A DNA stretch of 64,000 bases from Gemmatimonadetes bacterium 13_2_20CM_2_65_7 (GCA_001915025.1 MNDR01000081.1:18814-82813), one strand, 5' to 3'. Positions 1 to 9,337 are shown, counted from the stretch's first letter. Notes: a model not told the origin generated them from the sequence alone. Numbers and translations: made by a program.

Positions 1-619
1 GGCGACGCCAAAACCCGGCCCCGTCCACGATCGCTGCTTCGACCACGTCCTGCGGAATCGACGAGAGACCGGCCAGCACGATGACGGTGGCGAAGGGAAA
101 GATGCGCCAGGCCTGCACGATGATGATCGCGACGAGGGCGAGCCCCGGGTCTCCCAGCCAGTACAGCCAGCCGTGCAGCAGGTGGGCCGCCTTCAGCGTC
201 CAATTGAGCACGCTGAACGTGGAGTCAAAGATCCACGTCCAGGCGATGGCGGCGAGCGAGACGGGCACGGCCCAGGGCAAGAGCAGCACGAGCCGGGCGA
301 GGCGTTTGCCGCGGAACGCGGCGCGGAATACCTGCGCGGCGGCCGTCGCGAGCACGACGACGAGCACCTGCGAGCCGATCGTCACAATCGCGGTGTTGCG
401 GAGCGACCGGAGGAAGATGGGATCGCCGAGGATCGCGGCGTAGTTCCGCCCGCCGGCCCAGCCGAAGCTCAGGCTTCCCGCAGTGGCGTTCGAAAAGCTG
501 AGCAGGATCGCGAGCACGAACGGCACCCCGACGAGCAGGGTGACGTAGATCAGCGCCGGCGCCAGCATGGCGACGCCCAGCACGTCCTCCCGGTCGGCGA
601 GCGTGCGCCGGAGGATCAC
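1..619 (-). CDS. ABC transporter permease, MalF/UgpA-like (5' part only; gene runs off the left edge)
   Basis: Absent from the ORF track because it is open at the window edge. My reverse translation from GTG (complement of 617-619) gives VILRRTLADREDVLGVAMLAPALIYVTLLVGVPFVLAILLSF...LLLPWAVPVSLAAIAWTWIFDS...IIVQAWRIFPFATVIVLAGLSSIPQDVVEAAIVDGAGFWRR. This is a multi-TM protein with the EAA-type loop of sugar ABC permeases. GTGA overlap with the stop of the upstream ATPase. Confidence 0.75.
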   Translation of the reverse strand, partial: MILRRTLADREDVLGVAMLAPALIYVTLLVGVPFVLAILLSFSNATAGSLSFGWAGGRNYAAILGDPIFLRSLRNTAIVTIGSQVLVVVLATAAAQVFRAAFRGKRLARLVLLLPWAVPVSLAAIAWTWIFDSTFSVLNWTLKAAHLLHGWLYWLGDPGLALVAIIIVQAWRIFPFATVIVLAGLSSIPQDVVEAAIVDGAGFWRR

Positions 620-1707
620 GGCCCCCTCCCCCCCTCGCGTCTCGCGCCGGTAGCGGCGTCGAAATAGCGCAGTGCTTTCCGCGGCACGGCGAACTCGAGC
701 GCCTCTCCTTCCGGAATCGGGGTGGCGACGATGGCCGGGAGCTTCGCGATGACCGTCGCCTCGCCGAAGCCCTGCTCGGCGACCGAGCCGTACACGTAGC
801 GATCGGAACCCAGGTACTCGACGCGCCGCACCGCGAAACAGAAGACCTGCGTCGGCTCGCCGGAGGCGAAGTGGCCCTGGGGGAGAAAATGCTCGGGGCG
901 GAAGCCGAGCAGTGTGCCGGGCGGCAGCGCCGGGTCGCGCACCTCCACCAGGTTCATGGGCGGCTGCCCGACGAACGTCGCGACGAACGTGTCGACCGGG
1001 TCCTCATAGACCTCCTGCGGTGTCCCGATCTGACGCACCTTACCGTGGTCCATGACCGCGATCCGGTCGCCCAACCCCATCGCCTCCACCTGGTCGTGCG
1101 TCACGTACACGGTGGTCCGCTGGATCCGGCGCTGAAACCGCTTCAGCTCGTCGCGGGCGGTGTTCCGCAGCTTGGCGTCGAGGTTCGCGAGCGGCTCGTC
1201 GAGGAGGAACACCTTCGGGTCGCGGACCAGGGCGCGACACAGGGCCACGCGCTGCCGTTCGCCGCCGGAGAGCTGGCGCGGATAGCGCTCGAGATAGCGG
1301 GCGATGCCGAACATCTCGGCCGCCCAGCGCACCTTGTCCGCGATCTGCGACCGGGGCATCCCGCTCGCCTCCAGGGGAAAAGCGATGTTCTGCGCGACGG
1401 TGCGGTGCGGATAGAGGGCGTAGCTCTGGAAGACCATCGCGATGCCGCGTGCCCGTGGCGGCACGTCGGCATCGACGCGCTCGCCGCCAATGAAGATCTC
1501 GCCAGAGGTAGGCCGCTCCAGCCCCGCGATCATCCGAAGCAGGGTCGTCTTGCCGCACCCCGACGGACCGAGCAGCACGAGGAGCTCCCCCTCGCGGATG
1601 GACAGATCGACCCCGTCCACCGCGTGGAAGTCACCGAATCGTCTGCTCAGGTTGCGCAGCTCGACGCCGACCACGATCGGGTCCACCCCTCTCCTCCCCA
1701 GCGTCAC
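616..1707 (-). CDS. Sugar ABC transporter ATP-binding protein (MalK/UgpC type)
   Basis: Walker A GPSGCGKTT, Q-loop FQSYALYPH, signature LSGGERQRV, Walker B VFLLDEPLANLD, H-loop VTHD. Also has a roughly 120-aa MalK-like C-terminal domain. Confidence 0.9.
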   Translation of the reverse strand: MTLGRRGVDPIVVGVELRNLSRRFGDFHAVDGVDLSIREGELLVLLGPSGCGKTTLLRMIAGLERPTSGEIFIGGERVDADVPPRARGIAMVFQSYALYPHRTVAQNIAFPLEASGMPRSQIADKVRWAAEMFGIARYLERYPRQLSGGERQRVALCRALVRDPKVFLLDEPLANLDAKLRNTARDELKRFQRRIQRTTVYVTHDQVEAMGLGDRIAVMDHGKVRQIGTPQEVYEDPVDTFVATFVGQPPMNLVEVRDPALPPGTLLGFRPEHFLPQGHFASGEPTQVFCFAVRRVEYLGSDRYVYGSVAEQGFGEATVIAKLPAIVATPIPEGEALEFAVPRKALRYFDAATGARREGGRGP

Positions 1708-1714
1708 CGCAGGG

Positions 1715-2719
1715 CTAGAACTGGATTTGCACCAGCGGGGTGAGCTCGCGCTGCATGTTCCGGGTGCTGACCTGGGCGGCGAGGTTTTCCGCTACCGTCA
1801 GATAAGCACGCGCGAGCGGCGATTCCGCGTCGAGCACAACCGGCCGCCCGGCGTCCGAACTTTTGCGGATCGCGGTGGCGAGCGGAATCTCCCCCAGAAA
1901 CGGCACGCCGAGCCGGTCGGCGGCGCGACGGGCGCCGCCCGAGCCGAACACGTCATCGCGCGCGCCACAGCAGGGGCAGACATACGAAGCCATGTTCTCG
2001 ATAATGCCGAGAACGGGCGTGTTGAGCTGGTTGAACATCGAGATCGCCTTCTGCGCGACCTTGAGGGCCACGTCCTGCGGCGTCGATACGACCGCCGCGC
2101 CGGTCAGGGGAATCGCCTGGCACAGCGTGAGCTGCACGTCTCCGGTCCCGGGTGGCAGGTCCACAATCAAGTAGTCCAGGTCGCCCCACAACACATTGCC
2201 GAGGAAGTGTTGCACCGTCTTGTGGAGCATCGGCCCGCGCCAGATGATCGCGTCGTCCTCGCGCAAGAAAAACCCCATCGAGATGATCTTGATCCCATAC
2301 TGCTCGGCCGGCACCGTGCCCTCGATGGTCGGCTTGGGCAGCGTGTGCACGTTCATCAGAGTGGGGATGGTCGGCCCATACACATCCGCGTCCATGATGC
2401 CCACGCGAGCGCCGGTACTCGCGAGCGCCAGGGCCAGATTGGCGGACACAGTGGACTTCCCGACGCCGCCTTTGCCGCTCGCCACCGGGATTACGTTCTT
2501 GACCGATGGGATGAGCCGTTCCTTGACTGGGCCGGGCGATCCGCGAACTCGCGCGGTCATCGTGACGTCTACGCCACCAACGCCGGGGAGGGCGGCGACG
2601 GCCTCCCGTGCTTGCTGCCGCATCTGTTCGCGCACAGGGCAGGCGGGCGTCGTCAGTTCGATCGTGAACCCGACCGTCCCGTCCGAAACTCGGACGTGCT
2701 TCACGAACCCCAACGACAC
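1715..2719 (-). CDS. mrp: Mrp/ApbC/NBP35-type Fe-S cluster carrier ATPase
   Basis: Deviant Walker A ASGKGGVGKST, DADVYGPTIP, a CPCC motif, and an N-terminal DUF59-like segment (ELTTPACPV). Protein-level conservation continues upstream of the GTG start (see finding). Confidence 0.85.
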   Translation of the reverse strand: MSLGFVKHVRVSDGTVGFTIELTTPACPVREQMRQQAREAVAALPGVGGVDVTMTARVRGSPGPVKERLIPSVKNVIPVASGKGGVGKSTVSANLALALASTGARVGIMDADVYGPTIPTLMNVHTLPKPTIEGTVPAEQYGIKIISMGFFLREDDAIIWRGPMLHKTVQHFLGNVLWGDLDYLIVDLPPGTGDVQLTLCQAIPLTGAAVVSTPQDVALKVAQKAISMFNQLNTPVLGIIENMASYVCPCCGARDDVFGSGGARRAADRLGVPFLGEIPLATAIRKSSDAGRPVVLDAESPLARAYLTVAENLAAQVSTRNMQRELTPLVQIQF

Positions 2720-2798
2720 GATGTCGCGTCCCAGATCGGGGTCCGTGACGACGCGGAGCGCATCCAGTACCTGGCTTTCGCTGACGGGCGGCGGCGTG

Positions 2799-2981
2799 TC
2801 AGCTCCCCGGCTTCTTCGCGAGGTCCACGGGCGCGTGGTAGATCACGCGGTACGGGCTGTTGTCGTCACGGAGGATCTTCACGGCGTCCGAGTTGGCGAT
2901 TTTGTCCCACGCCACCGGCGCCTGGCGTCGTCCGCACCCCGTCGCCAGCATGATTGCACTCACCAACAGTAGACTGCGCAT
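2799..2981 (-). CDS. Small lipoprotein, unknown function (60 aa)
   Basis: Internal ATG of ORF 2799..3170 preceded by GGGAGAG. MRSLLLVSAIMLATGC is a signal peptide plus lipobox. The longer ORF-track version overlaps the upstream gene. Confidence 0.4.
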   Translation of the reverse strand: MRSLLLVSAIMLATGCGRRQAPVAWDKIANSDAVKILRDDNSPYRVIYHAPVDLAKKPGS

Positions 2982-2994
2982 CGGATCTCTCCCT

Positions 2995-3336
2995 TCACGT
3001 TTCGCCACTCGCGTCATCCGACGGCGCGCCTTGGGTGAGCCAATCGCGAAACGACCCGGCCCCCAGGGCCAAGCGCCACTCCTCGAAGATCGACAAGGCC
3101 ATCGCGCGCATGCCGCCCTCTGCCGGTCCCGCCGCCGCGCACTGCTCCAGCAGCCACGCTTCAAACTCATCCGGCGCTGGATCGGCTGTGACGGCGCGGT
3201 CGAGCAGATCGCGTTTTATCGCGAGCCCGATCGCATCGGGCGTCGTGTCCCGCTTGCGACGTTTCCGCCGGCCTTCCGAGGCTCCGAGGGCGGCGAGCAG
3301 CTCGTGACAGACTTCGGCAGGTCGTGGAGAGGTCAT
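2995..3336 (-). CDS. Hypothetical protein (113 aa), last gene of the fdh operon
   Basis: ATG at 3336 makes an ATGA overlap with the fdhE stop (3333-3335). No recognisable motif. Confidence 0.35.
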   Translation of the reverse strand: MTSPRPAEVCHELLAALGASEGRRKRRKRDTTPDAIGLAIKRDLLDRAVTADPAPDEFEAWLLEQCAAAGPAEGGMRAMALSIFEEWRLALGAGSFRDWLTQGAPSDDASGET

Positions 3337-4181
3337 GCCTCCACAACCTTCACTTCCAAGTCGAAGCCCGGCCGCTCGGGACGATGGTATCCTCGGTCGA
3401 GGGCCGCAACGTCCAGGGCGACGGTCGCCACGTCGTCCAACAGCACGCCCCACCAGGGCAGCTCGCTCACTGTGGGCTCGGCCTTCACATATCCCTTACA
3501 GGTGTCGCACACCTCGACCTTGCGTGTCGTCTCCCCGTCCTCGGGCGCCAGGTATCCCAGATTCTCGTGACTCGTCTCCGCGCAGAAGGGACAGCGCAGC
3601 CACGGCATCTCCCAACCGATACCGCAGCGCCCGCATCTGAGCCACCGCTTCCGCTCGAGCCCGCGGAACTCCGCGAGCGTCGGCCAGGCGCCGCACAGTG
3701 GACAGTAGCCTTCCCACCAGGCAGCTGATACTTCACTGGCGATCGTGCGGGCACATGCCCGGAGCAGCGGTACGACCGCGACCTGCGCCACAACGCGCAA
3801 GGTGGACGGATCGCCTGCCGCGAGCGCATCGATGCGCGCATCATCCTGACGAATCGCCGCCTCCAGCAGTTCGAGCGCGTCAAGGTGAGTCGCGCCCCCC
3901 CCGTCGAGACCGGCGAGCCGCGAGAGGCGGCGCACGAAGCGCGTTGCGGACCGGCGGTTCACGCCGACCTCGGCGCCGTGGAGCAGGGGCGCGCGGGCCG
4001 GACGACCGTCCACTGGAGCCGGCACGGCGGGGTCCCACGTCGTGGCGTCCTGACTCTCGGCCAGAGCCGCCTCGACCAACGCCAGCCACGTTTCGGATTC
4101 AGGGTTTTTCTGCCGAACGTCCGCCAGGCGTTGCGCCTGCTCCGCGGCTAGGTGCCGGCGTCCGGTAACGGGCCAGAGCAT
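3333..4181 (-). CDS. fdhE: Formate dehydrogenase accessory protein FdhE
   Basis: C-terminal paired Cys motifs CPLCG...CGRCG...CPFC...CDTCKGY, typical of FdhE. Start taken at ATG 4181 (GAGGG SD); the Arg-rich ORF-track extension was rejected. Confidence 0.75.
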   Translation of the reverse strand: MLWPVTGRRHLAAEQAQRLADVRQKNPESETWLALVEAALAESQDATTWDPAVPAPVDGRPARAPLLHGAEVGVNRRSATRFVRRLSRLAGLDGGGATHLDALELLEAAIRQDDARIDALAAGDPSTLRVVAQVAVVPLLRACARTIASEVSAAWWEGYCPLCGAWPTLAEFRGLERKRWLRCGRCGIGWEMPWLRCPFCAETSHENLGYLAPEDGETTRKVEVCDTCKGYVKAEPTVSELPWWGVLLDDVATVALDVAALDRGYHRPERPGFDLEVKVVEA

Positions 4182-4366
4182 TTCACCCTCGGGGTCTTGC
4201 ACGGCGTCTTGTAGTAGATCTTGGCGCCGGCGTGGAGCTGCACGACCGCACCGTGGTTGCCCGGATCCGCACCGGGTCCGCCGCCGCGCGTTCGGCCGGC
4301 CTCGGGGCTCGTCGCGCAGGCGACCAGGCCGGCGGCGAGGAAGGGAACCCACCAGCGCGCGGTCAT
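4148..4366 (-). CDS. Small lipoprotein, unknown function (72 aa)
   Basis: MTARWWVPFLAAGLVAC lipobox. ATGA overlap with the stop of the upstream NrfD-like gene (4363-4365). Confidence 0.4.
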   Translation of the reverse strand: MTARWWVPFLAAGLVACATSPEAGRTRGGGPGADPGNHGAVVQLHAGAKIYYKTPCKTPRVKCSGPLPDAGT

Positions 4367-5238
4367 CGTGCCACGACCGAAGCGACGCGATGATACTCGA
4401 TCGAATTGGACGCGAGCAGGACGACGCAGCGCAGCAGGAAGCCGCCGAGCAGGACCATCACTGCCGGATTGCGGAGGGCTCCGGCGCCGGCGGGCTTCAG
4501 GTGCAGCCGCAGCGGCCACAGGATGCCGGCGCCGACCACGCCCACGATGAGCAAGAGTCCCCACACGCTCAGCCACGCTTTCGCCACGGTCCCGAGAGAG
4601 ACGAGGAAGACGATCAAGAGCAGCAGCTCGACGATGAGCGCCCGCGCGTCGAATGTCGTGACCCAGCGGAGCGAGCGCTCCGTGGCGCCACGCCCCGGCG
4701 CGAATAACGCGATCGCCGCGGCGCCGGTGGACGCGCCGGACGCGAGGAACAGCGCTCCCAGCCAGGGGCTATCGGCCCAGATGGGTCGGTTGGTGACCGA
4801 GAGGAGGACGCCGGTGTACCCCGCGACGAAAAAGCCGAGCAGTCCGCCAACGGCGGCGATCAGTTTGGCGGGCGTCCCCCCTGTTTCGGCGTACCACGAT
4901 ACGAACGCGCAGGCGCCGAACAGCAGCAGCGCCCATGCGCCGAACGAGATCGGAGAGAAGCTCTTGAACATGAGGTGCGGGAAGTTGTCCGACTGGAACA
5001 GCATGTTCAAGAAGCGAAGCGACCGCCCCAGGTCGAGCGTCAGCAAGAGCCCCGAGAGCACCGCGCCCCAGAACGCCAACGAGTAGCCGGTGCGGATCAC
5101 TGGCCGGTCCTCTGGCCGCCCGAACCATTCGAGCACCGCGGCGAGGAAGTACGCACCACCGGCGATGCCGCCAACGAAGAAGTACGGAATGATGAACCAG
5201 GTCCAGTGCGGCGATGCCGTGACGAATGTGTCGGACAT
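4363..5238 (-). CDS. NrfD/PsrC-like integral membrane subunit of formate dehydrogenase
   Basis: About 8 predicted TM helices. N-terminus HWTWFIIPYFFVGGIAGGAYF is typical of the NrfD family. TAATG overlap with the preceding Fe-S subunit. Confidence 0.8.
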   Translation of the reverse strand: MSDTFVTASPHWTWFIIPYFFVGGIAGGAYFLAAVLEWFGRPEDRPVIRTGYSLAFWGAVLSGLLLTLDLGRSLRFLNMLFQSDNFPHLMFKSFSPISFGAWALLLFGACAFVSWYAETGGTPAKLIAAVGGLLGFFVAGYTGVLLSVTNRPIWADSPWLGALFLASGASTGAAAIALFAPGRGATERSLRWVTTFDARALIVELLLLIVFLVSLGTVAKAWLSVWGLLLIVGVVGAGILWPLRLHLKPAGAGALRNPAVMVLLGGFLLRCVVLLASNSIEYHRVASVVAR

Positions 5239-5909
5239 TAGTTCTCACTCCCTCTCTCCCCGCCTCCTCCGATCTCATCCATGCGGCGCTTGCGCAGACC
5301 GACGAGCGCGACCAGGCCGAGCACGGCGCCGGTTGCGGCCGAGAGCACGCCGCTGGATTTCAGGTTGCGGCTGGGGAGTTTCGGATCCCTCGGCAAACCG
5401 TAGACCTCCGGCTCGTCCACGAGGAGGTAGAAGGAGTTGAGCCCACCAAGCGGGCCATTCGGATCGTCGCCGTATAAGCGGGCGCGCTTCTCGCCCTGGG
5501 CCTTAAGCTGGTCGACACGCTTTTGCGCGCGGGTGCGCAGCTCGGCGATCGGCCCGAACTGGATCGAGTCAGTGGGGCAGGCTTTCGCGCAGGCCGGCTC
5601 CAGCCCCACCTGCATGCGGTCGTAGCACAGCGTGCATTTCTGCGCCGTTCCCGCGGCCGGGTTCATGTCGATCACGTCGCTCATCATCAGCCAGCGCCCG
5701 TTGTACGGGCCCTCGAACTGCTCGATGAACTTGACGTGCCGCCAGTGCGTACCGTCGAGCTTTCTCGTGTTGTCGTAGCTGTCGCCCGACAGCTCCGAAA
5801 CGCCGCCGTTCGTTGCGGGGAGTTGATTCCAGTTCTTGCAGGCGACTTCGCAGGCCTTGCAGCCGATGCAGATCGTCGTGTCGGTGAAGAAACCCATGGC
5901 CTCTGGCAT
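5238..5909 (-). CDS. Formate dehydrogenase iron-sulfur (beta) subunit, with only 2 of the usual 4 ferredoxin Cys motifs
   Basis: CIGCKACEVAC near the N-terminus, KCTLCYDR...PACAKACP near the middle, C-terminal TM anchor GVLSAATGAVLGLVALVGL. ATG at 5909 lies 1 nt after the alpha-subunit stop. The central two Cys motifs are absent (see finding). Confidence 0.8.
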   Translation of the reverse strand: MPEAMGFFTDTTICIGCKACEVACKNWNQLPATNGGVSELSGDSYDNTRKLDGTHWRHVKFIEQFEGPYNGRWLMMSDVIDMNPAAGTAQKCTLCYDRMQVGLEPACAKACPTDSIQFGPIAELRTRAQKRVDQLKAQGEKRARLYGDDPNGPLGGLNSFYLLVDEPEVYGLPRDPKLPSRNLKSSGVLSAATGAVLGLVALVGLRKRRMDEIGGGGERGSEN

Positions 5910-5910
5910 A

Positions 5911-8900
5911 TCAGGCTTTCTCCACGTTGCACACGAAGGCCTTGCCCTCGTGGATAGACACGTTAGGGTCACCCACCCAGGCGGTGAGGTCGTTGACGAC
6001 GTCGCCGGTGGAGAGGCCGGCCCAGCCCCAGTGCCACGGCATGCCGACGTGGTGGATCGCCTTCCCGGCGATTTGCATCACGCCGATGCGGTCCGTCACG
6101 AGGGCCTTGGCGCGGATGTGTCCTCGTGGGCTCGATATGATCACCCAGTCGAGATTCCGGATGCCCTTCTCTGCCGCGAGCGCCTTGCCCATCTCGATGA
6201 ACAGCTCGGGCTGTAGCTCGGCGAGCCACGGCAGCCAGCGGCTCATCGCGCCGGCGAGGTACATCTCCGTGAGCCGGTACGTCGTGATGACGTGCGGGTA
6301 CTTCGGGTCGCCGACACTCGCCAGCGGATTCCAGGGTTTGCCGGCGGACCAAACCTTGTGTACCGGACTCATCTGATGTTTGGGGTACAGCATGTTTTGC
6401 ACAGGCGACTCATGCGGCTCGTAATGCGTAGGCAGCGGACCGTCCAATAATCCCGTGGGCACAAACAGCCATCCCCTGCCGTCGCCCCGCATGATGAAGG
6501 CGTCGGTGCCCGACAAGGCGTCGAGCGCGATGCCGTCGGGTTTGGGCTTCGCGTCCGGCGCCTTGGTCACGGCGAAGTCGGGCACGTCGTAGCCGACCCA
6601 TTTTCCACGCGGCGGGGCGATGCCGGTCTTCGGGTCGGGAGGATTCACAAACGTCGGATCCCACCACACCCAGCGCTTGCGCTCGCTCCACGGGTTGCCG
6701 CGCGGGTCGGCCGACGCGCGGTTGTACATCACGCGCCGGTTGGCGGGCCACGCCCAGCCCCACTTGAGGTGCGCGCCGGGCACGCCCGGCGGATCGGGCT
6801 CGCGCCGCGCGCTCATGTTTTGATCGGGCGCCGGATAGCACCCGCAGTAAATCCACGAGGCGCACGTCGTCGAGCCGTCGTCCTTGAGCGCGGCGAAGCC
6901 CGGCAGGTGCTGGTGCGGGTCCGCCGTCATGTAGCCGTTGATCTCGCGCAGGATCTTCAGGGCGTCGGGCTCTCCCGGATAGATCGGCTTCACGCCGGGG
7001 TCCGGATCGAAGTCCCAGAGCAGGTTATTCCACCCCTGGTCCCTGGGCGCCGTGCTGCCGGCGTACGCCTTCTTCGTGCGCTTCGCGAGGTTGTGGTAGA
7101 ACCAGGTGTCGGTGCGGCAATCCCCGGGTGCGTCGACCGCTTTGGAGTGCCACTGCAGCATGCGCTGCGTGTTGGTGAAGCTGCCGTCGTACTCCGCGAT
7201 CTGCGTCGACGGGAAGAAGAAGATCTCGGTCTTGATGTCGCCGCTGTGTACCCGGCCGTCCTTCACCTCAGGCGCCTGATACCAATACGTCGCGGTTTCG
7301 GTAAGCCAGTTGTCCTTGACGACGAGCCAGTCGAGCTGGCGGAGGGCAAGGCGCGTGGCGCTGCCGTTCAGTGACGTAGCCGGGTTCTGCCCGACGCAAC
7401 ACATCCCCTTGACCTTGCCCTCGGCCATGGCCGCGAACGTCGCGATGTGGGAGTGATCCCCCAGGATCTTGGGATGCCAGTCGTAGCCGAAGTCGTTGTC
7501 CGCCGTCGCGGCGGCGCCGTACATCGACTTCAGATACGAGACGAGGAACTTGGGCGTGTTGCCGTAATAGCTCGTCGGCGTCGTTTCGGCGGCCATGTAC
7601 GCCCGCAGCGACTCGTGGGGGCGGAGCGCCGAGGGCGCGTTCATGTAGCCGTGAATGCTGTGGTACAGCGTGGGCACGTCGGTCGAGCCTTGGATCGCCG
7701 CGTGACCGCGCAGCGCCATGACTCCAGCGCCCGGGCGGCCGACGTTGCCCAGGAGCAGCTGCAGTAGCGCGCAGCAGCTGATCATCTGCACGCCGTAGGT
7801 GTGCTGCGTCCACGCCACTGCATAAGCGAATGCGCTGGTGCGGTCGCGGCCCGAGTTCGCGAGCAGCGCTTCCGCGACCTGGATGAACTTGTCTTTGGGC
7901 GAGCCGCACACCTGCTCGACCATCTCCGGCGTGTAGCGGCTGAAGTGCCGCTTCAAGATCTGGAAGACGCAGCGCGGGTTCTGGAGCGTCGGGTCCCGAT
8001 GGGCGGGGCCCGGCTTCAGCGAACGCACCAGGTCGTCGAACGGCGGCCCCGCGCGGCGCGCGATCAGGTCTTCTGTCTTGGGACCGGGCGGTTTCGGATC
8101 GCGCTCGTACTGCCAGGAGGCCGTGTCGTAGCGTCCCTGGAAGCCGTTGTACGGCCAGCCCGGGGGCTCGCTGAATGAGCCGAGTCCGGAGAAGACGCCC
8201 TCCAGCTCCTCGGTGTCCTTGAAGTCCTTGTTGATGATCGTCGCCGCGTTGGTGTAGTTGACCACGAACTCCTTGAAGAAGGGGTCCGTGTTCCAACGCC
8301 GGCTGTTGACCACGTAATTGATGAGTCCGCCCAGGAACGCGATGTCGGAGCCGGCGCGGATCGGGACGTGCAGGTCCGCCACGGCGCTGGTGCGGGTGAA
8401 CCGCGGATCGACATGGATCAGCTTCGCGCCATTGAGCTTGGCCTTCATGGGCCAGCGGAACGCCACCGGGTGGCACTCCGCCATGTTGGAGCCCATGATC
8501 ACGAAGCAGTCGGTGTGCTCGAGGTTGCGCGGATACAGCGTCGCCGCGCCACGACCCAGCCGTGTCCCCAGACCGGGGACGCTAGAGCTGTGTCATATCC
8601 TGGCCTGGTTCTCGATGGCGACGACCCCGAGGCCGCGCCAGAATTTCTGGCAGACGTGGTTGAACTCGCTGTCGAGTGTCGCGCCGCCCAGCGCGAACAT
8701 CGCCGACGTCATGTTCACTGTTTTCCCGTTGGGGAGCTTCTCGAGGAACGTGTCGTCGCGCGTCTTCTTGATCAGCTCGGCGACGCGATCCATCGCCCAC
8801 TCGAGCTCGACGACGTCCCAGCTCGAGGCGCCGGGCTTGCGATGCAAGACTTTCGTCTGGCGGTTTGGATTGACGTGGAGCTGGTAGATCGCCGCGCCCT

Positions 8901-9168
8901 TCGGGCACAGCGTGCCTTCGTTGTGGGGGCTGCGCGGATCGCCTTCGATGTTGACGATCCGGCCGCCCTTCACCTGGATCAGCGTCGCGCATCCGACCGA
9001 GCAAAACGGGCAGATGCTCGGCACGGACTTCGCGTCCCGGATGCGCAGCTCCTGCGCCTGGGCGCGCGCCGGCGCGAGCGTGGCGCCCAGTCCGACCAGT
9101 CCGCCGATCGCGGTGCCGGCGCCCGCGCCGGCGGTGACTCGCAGGAAATCGCGTCGACTGACCTGCAT
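5911..9168 (-). CDS. Formate dehydrogenase catalytic (alpha) subunit, molybdopterin, selenocysteine-containing (in-frame TGA at 8593-8595)
   Basis: ORFs 8593..9168 and 5911..8502 are in the same frame. Read-through gives ...IENQARI-U-HSSSVPGLGTRLGRGAATLYPRNLEHTDCFVIMGSNMAECHP, the canonical FdnG/FdhA active-site context. Tat signal SRRDFLR. N-terminal CPFCSVGC...C FeS-0 motif. Confidence 0.85.
8564..8595 (-). promoter_or_regulatory. UGA(Sec) codon plus candidate bacterial SECIS hairpin
   Basis: mRNA: UGA CAC AGC UCU AGC GUCCCC-GGUCU-GGGGAC. A 6-bp GC stem (8580-8575 / 8569-8564) with a GGUCU loop starts 12 nt after UGA. The GGU-containing apical loop resembles the E. coli fdhF SECIS. Confidence 0.55.
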
Positions 9169-9337
9169 AGAAAAATCCTCCCCTTAGGCGCAGTAAGGGC
9201 GTGAGCGACGGATTGTGAGGACCGGGGCTCGAGTTGCGGGTAGGCAGAGCGAGGAACGGACGACCTCGCGCATGGTCAATGATATAGATACGCTTCCACG
9301 ACGCCGCAACCCCGGTAGCATTGGCGTTGGAGAGTCG

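Noticed and set aside
1442-2953. Long ORFs antisense or out of frame to the called genes. Examples: 871..1743+, 1442..2953+, 7268..8476-, 13122..14090+, 37845..38993-, 39279..40250-, 55509..56885+, 61883..62893-
   Set aside because: These are typical shadow ORFs of GC-rich DNA. They have Arg/Pro/Gly/Ala-dominated low-complexity translations and no motifs, and each overlaps a gene with clear family signatures.
8503-8595. Reading TGA 8593-8595 as a true stop, giving a split or pseudogenised fdhA
   Set aside because: Both ORFs share the frame. The read-through sequence is the conserved Sec active-site motif, and a SECIS-like hairpin follows. Selenocysteine is the better explanation.
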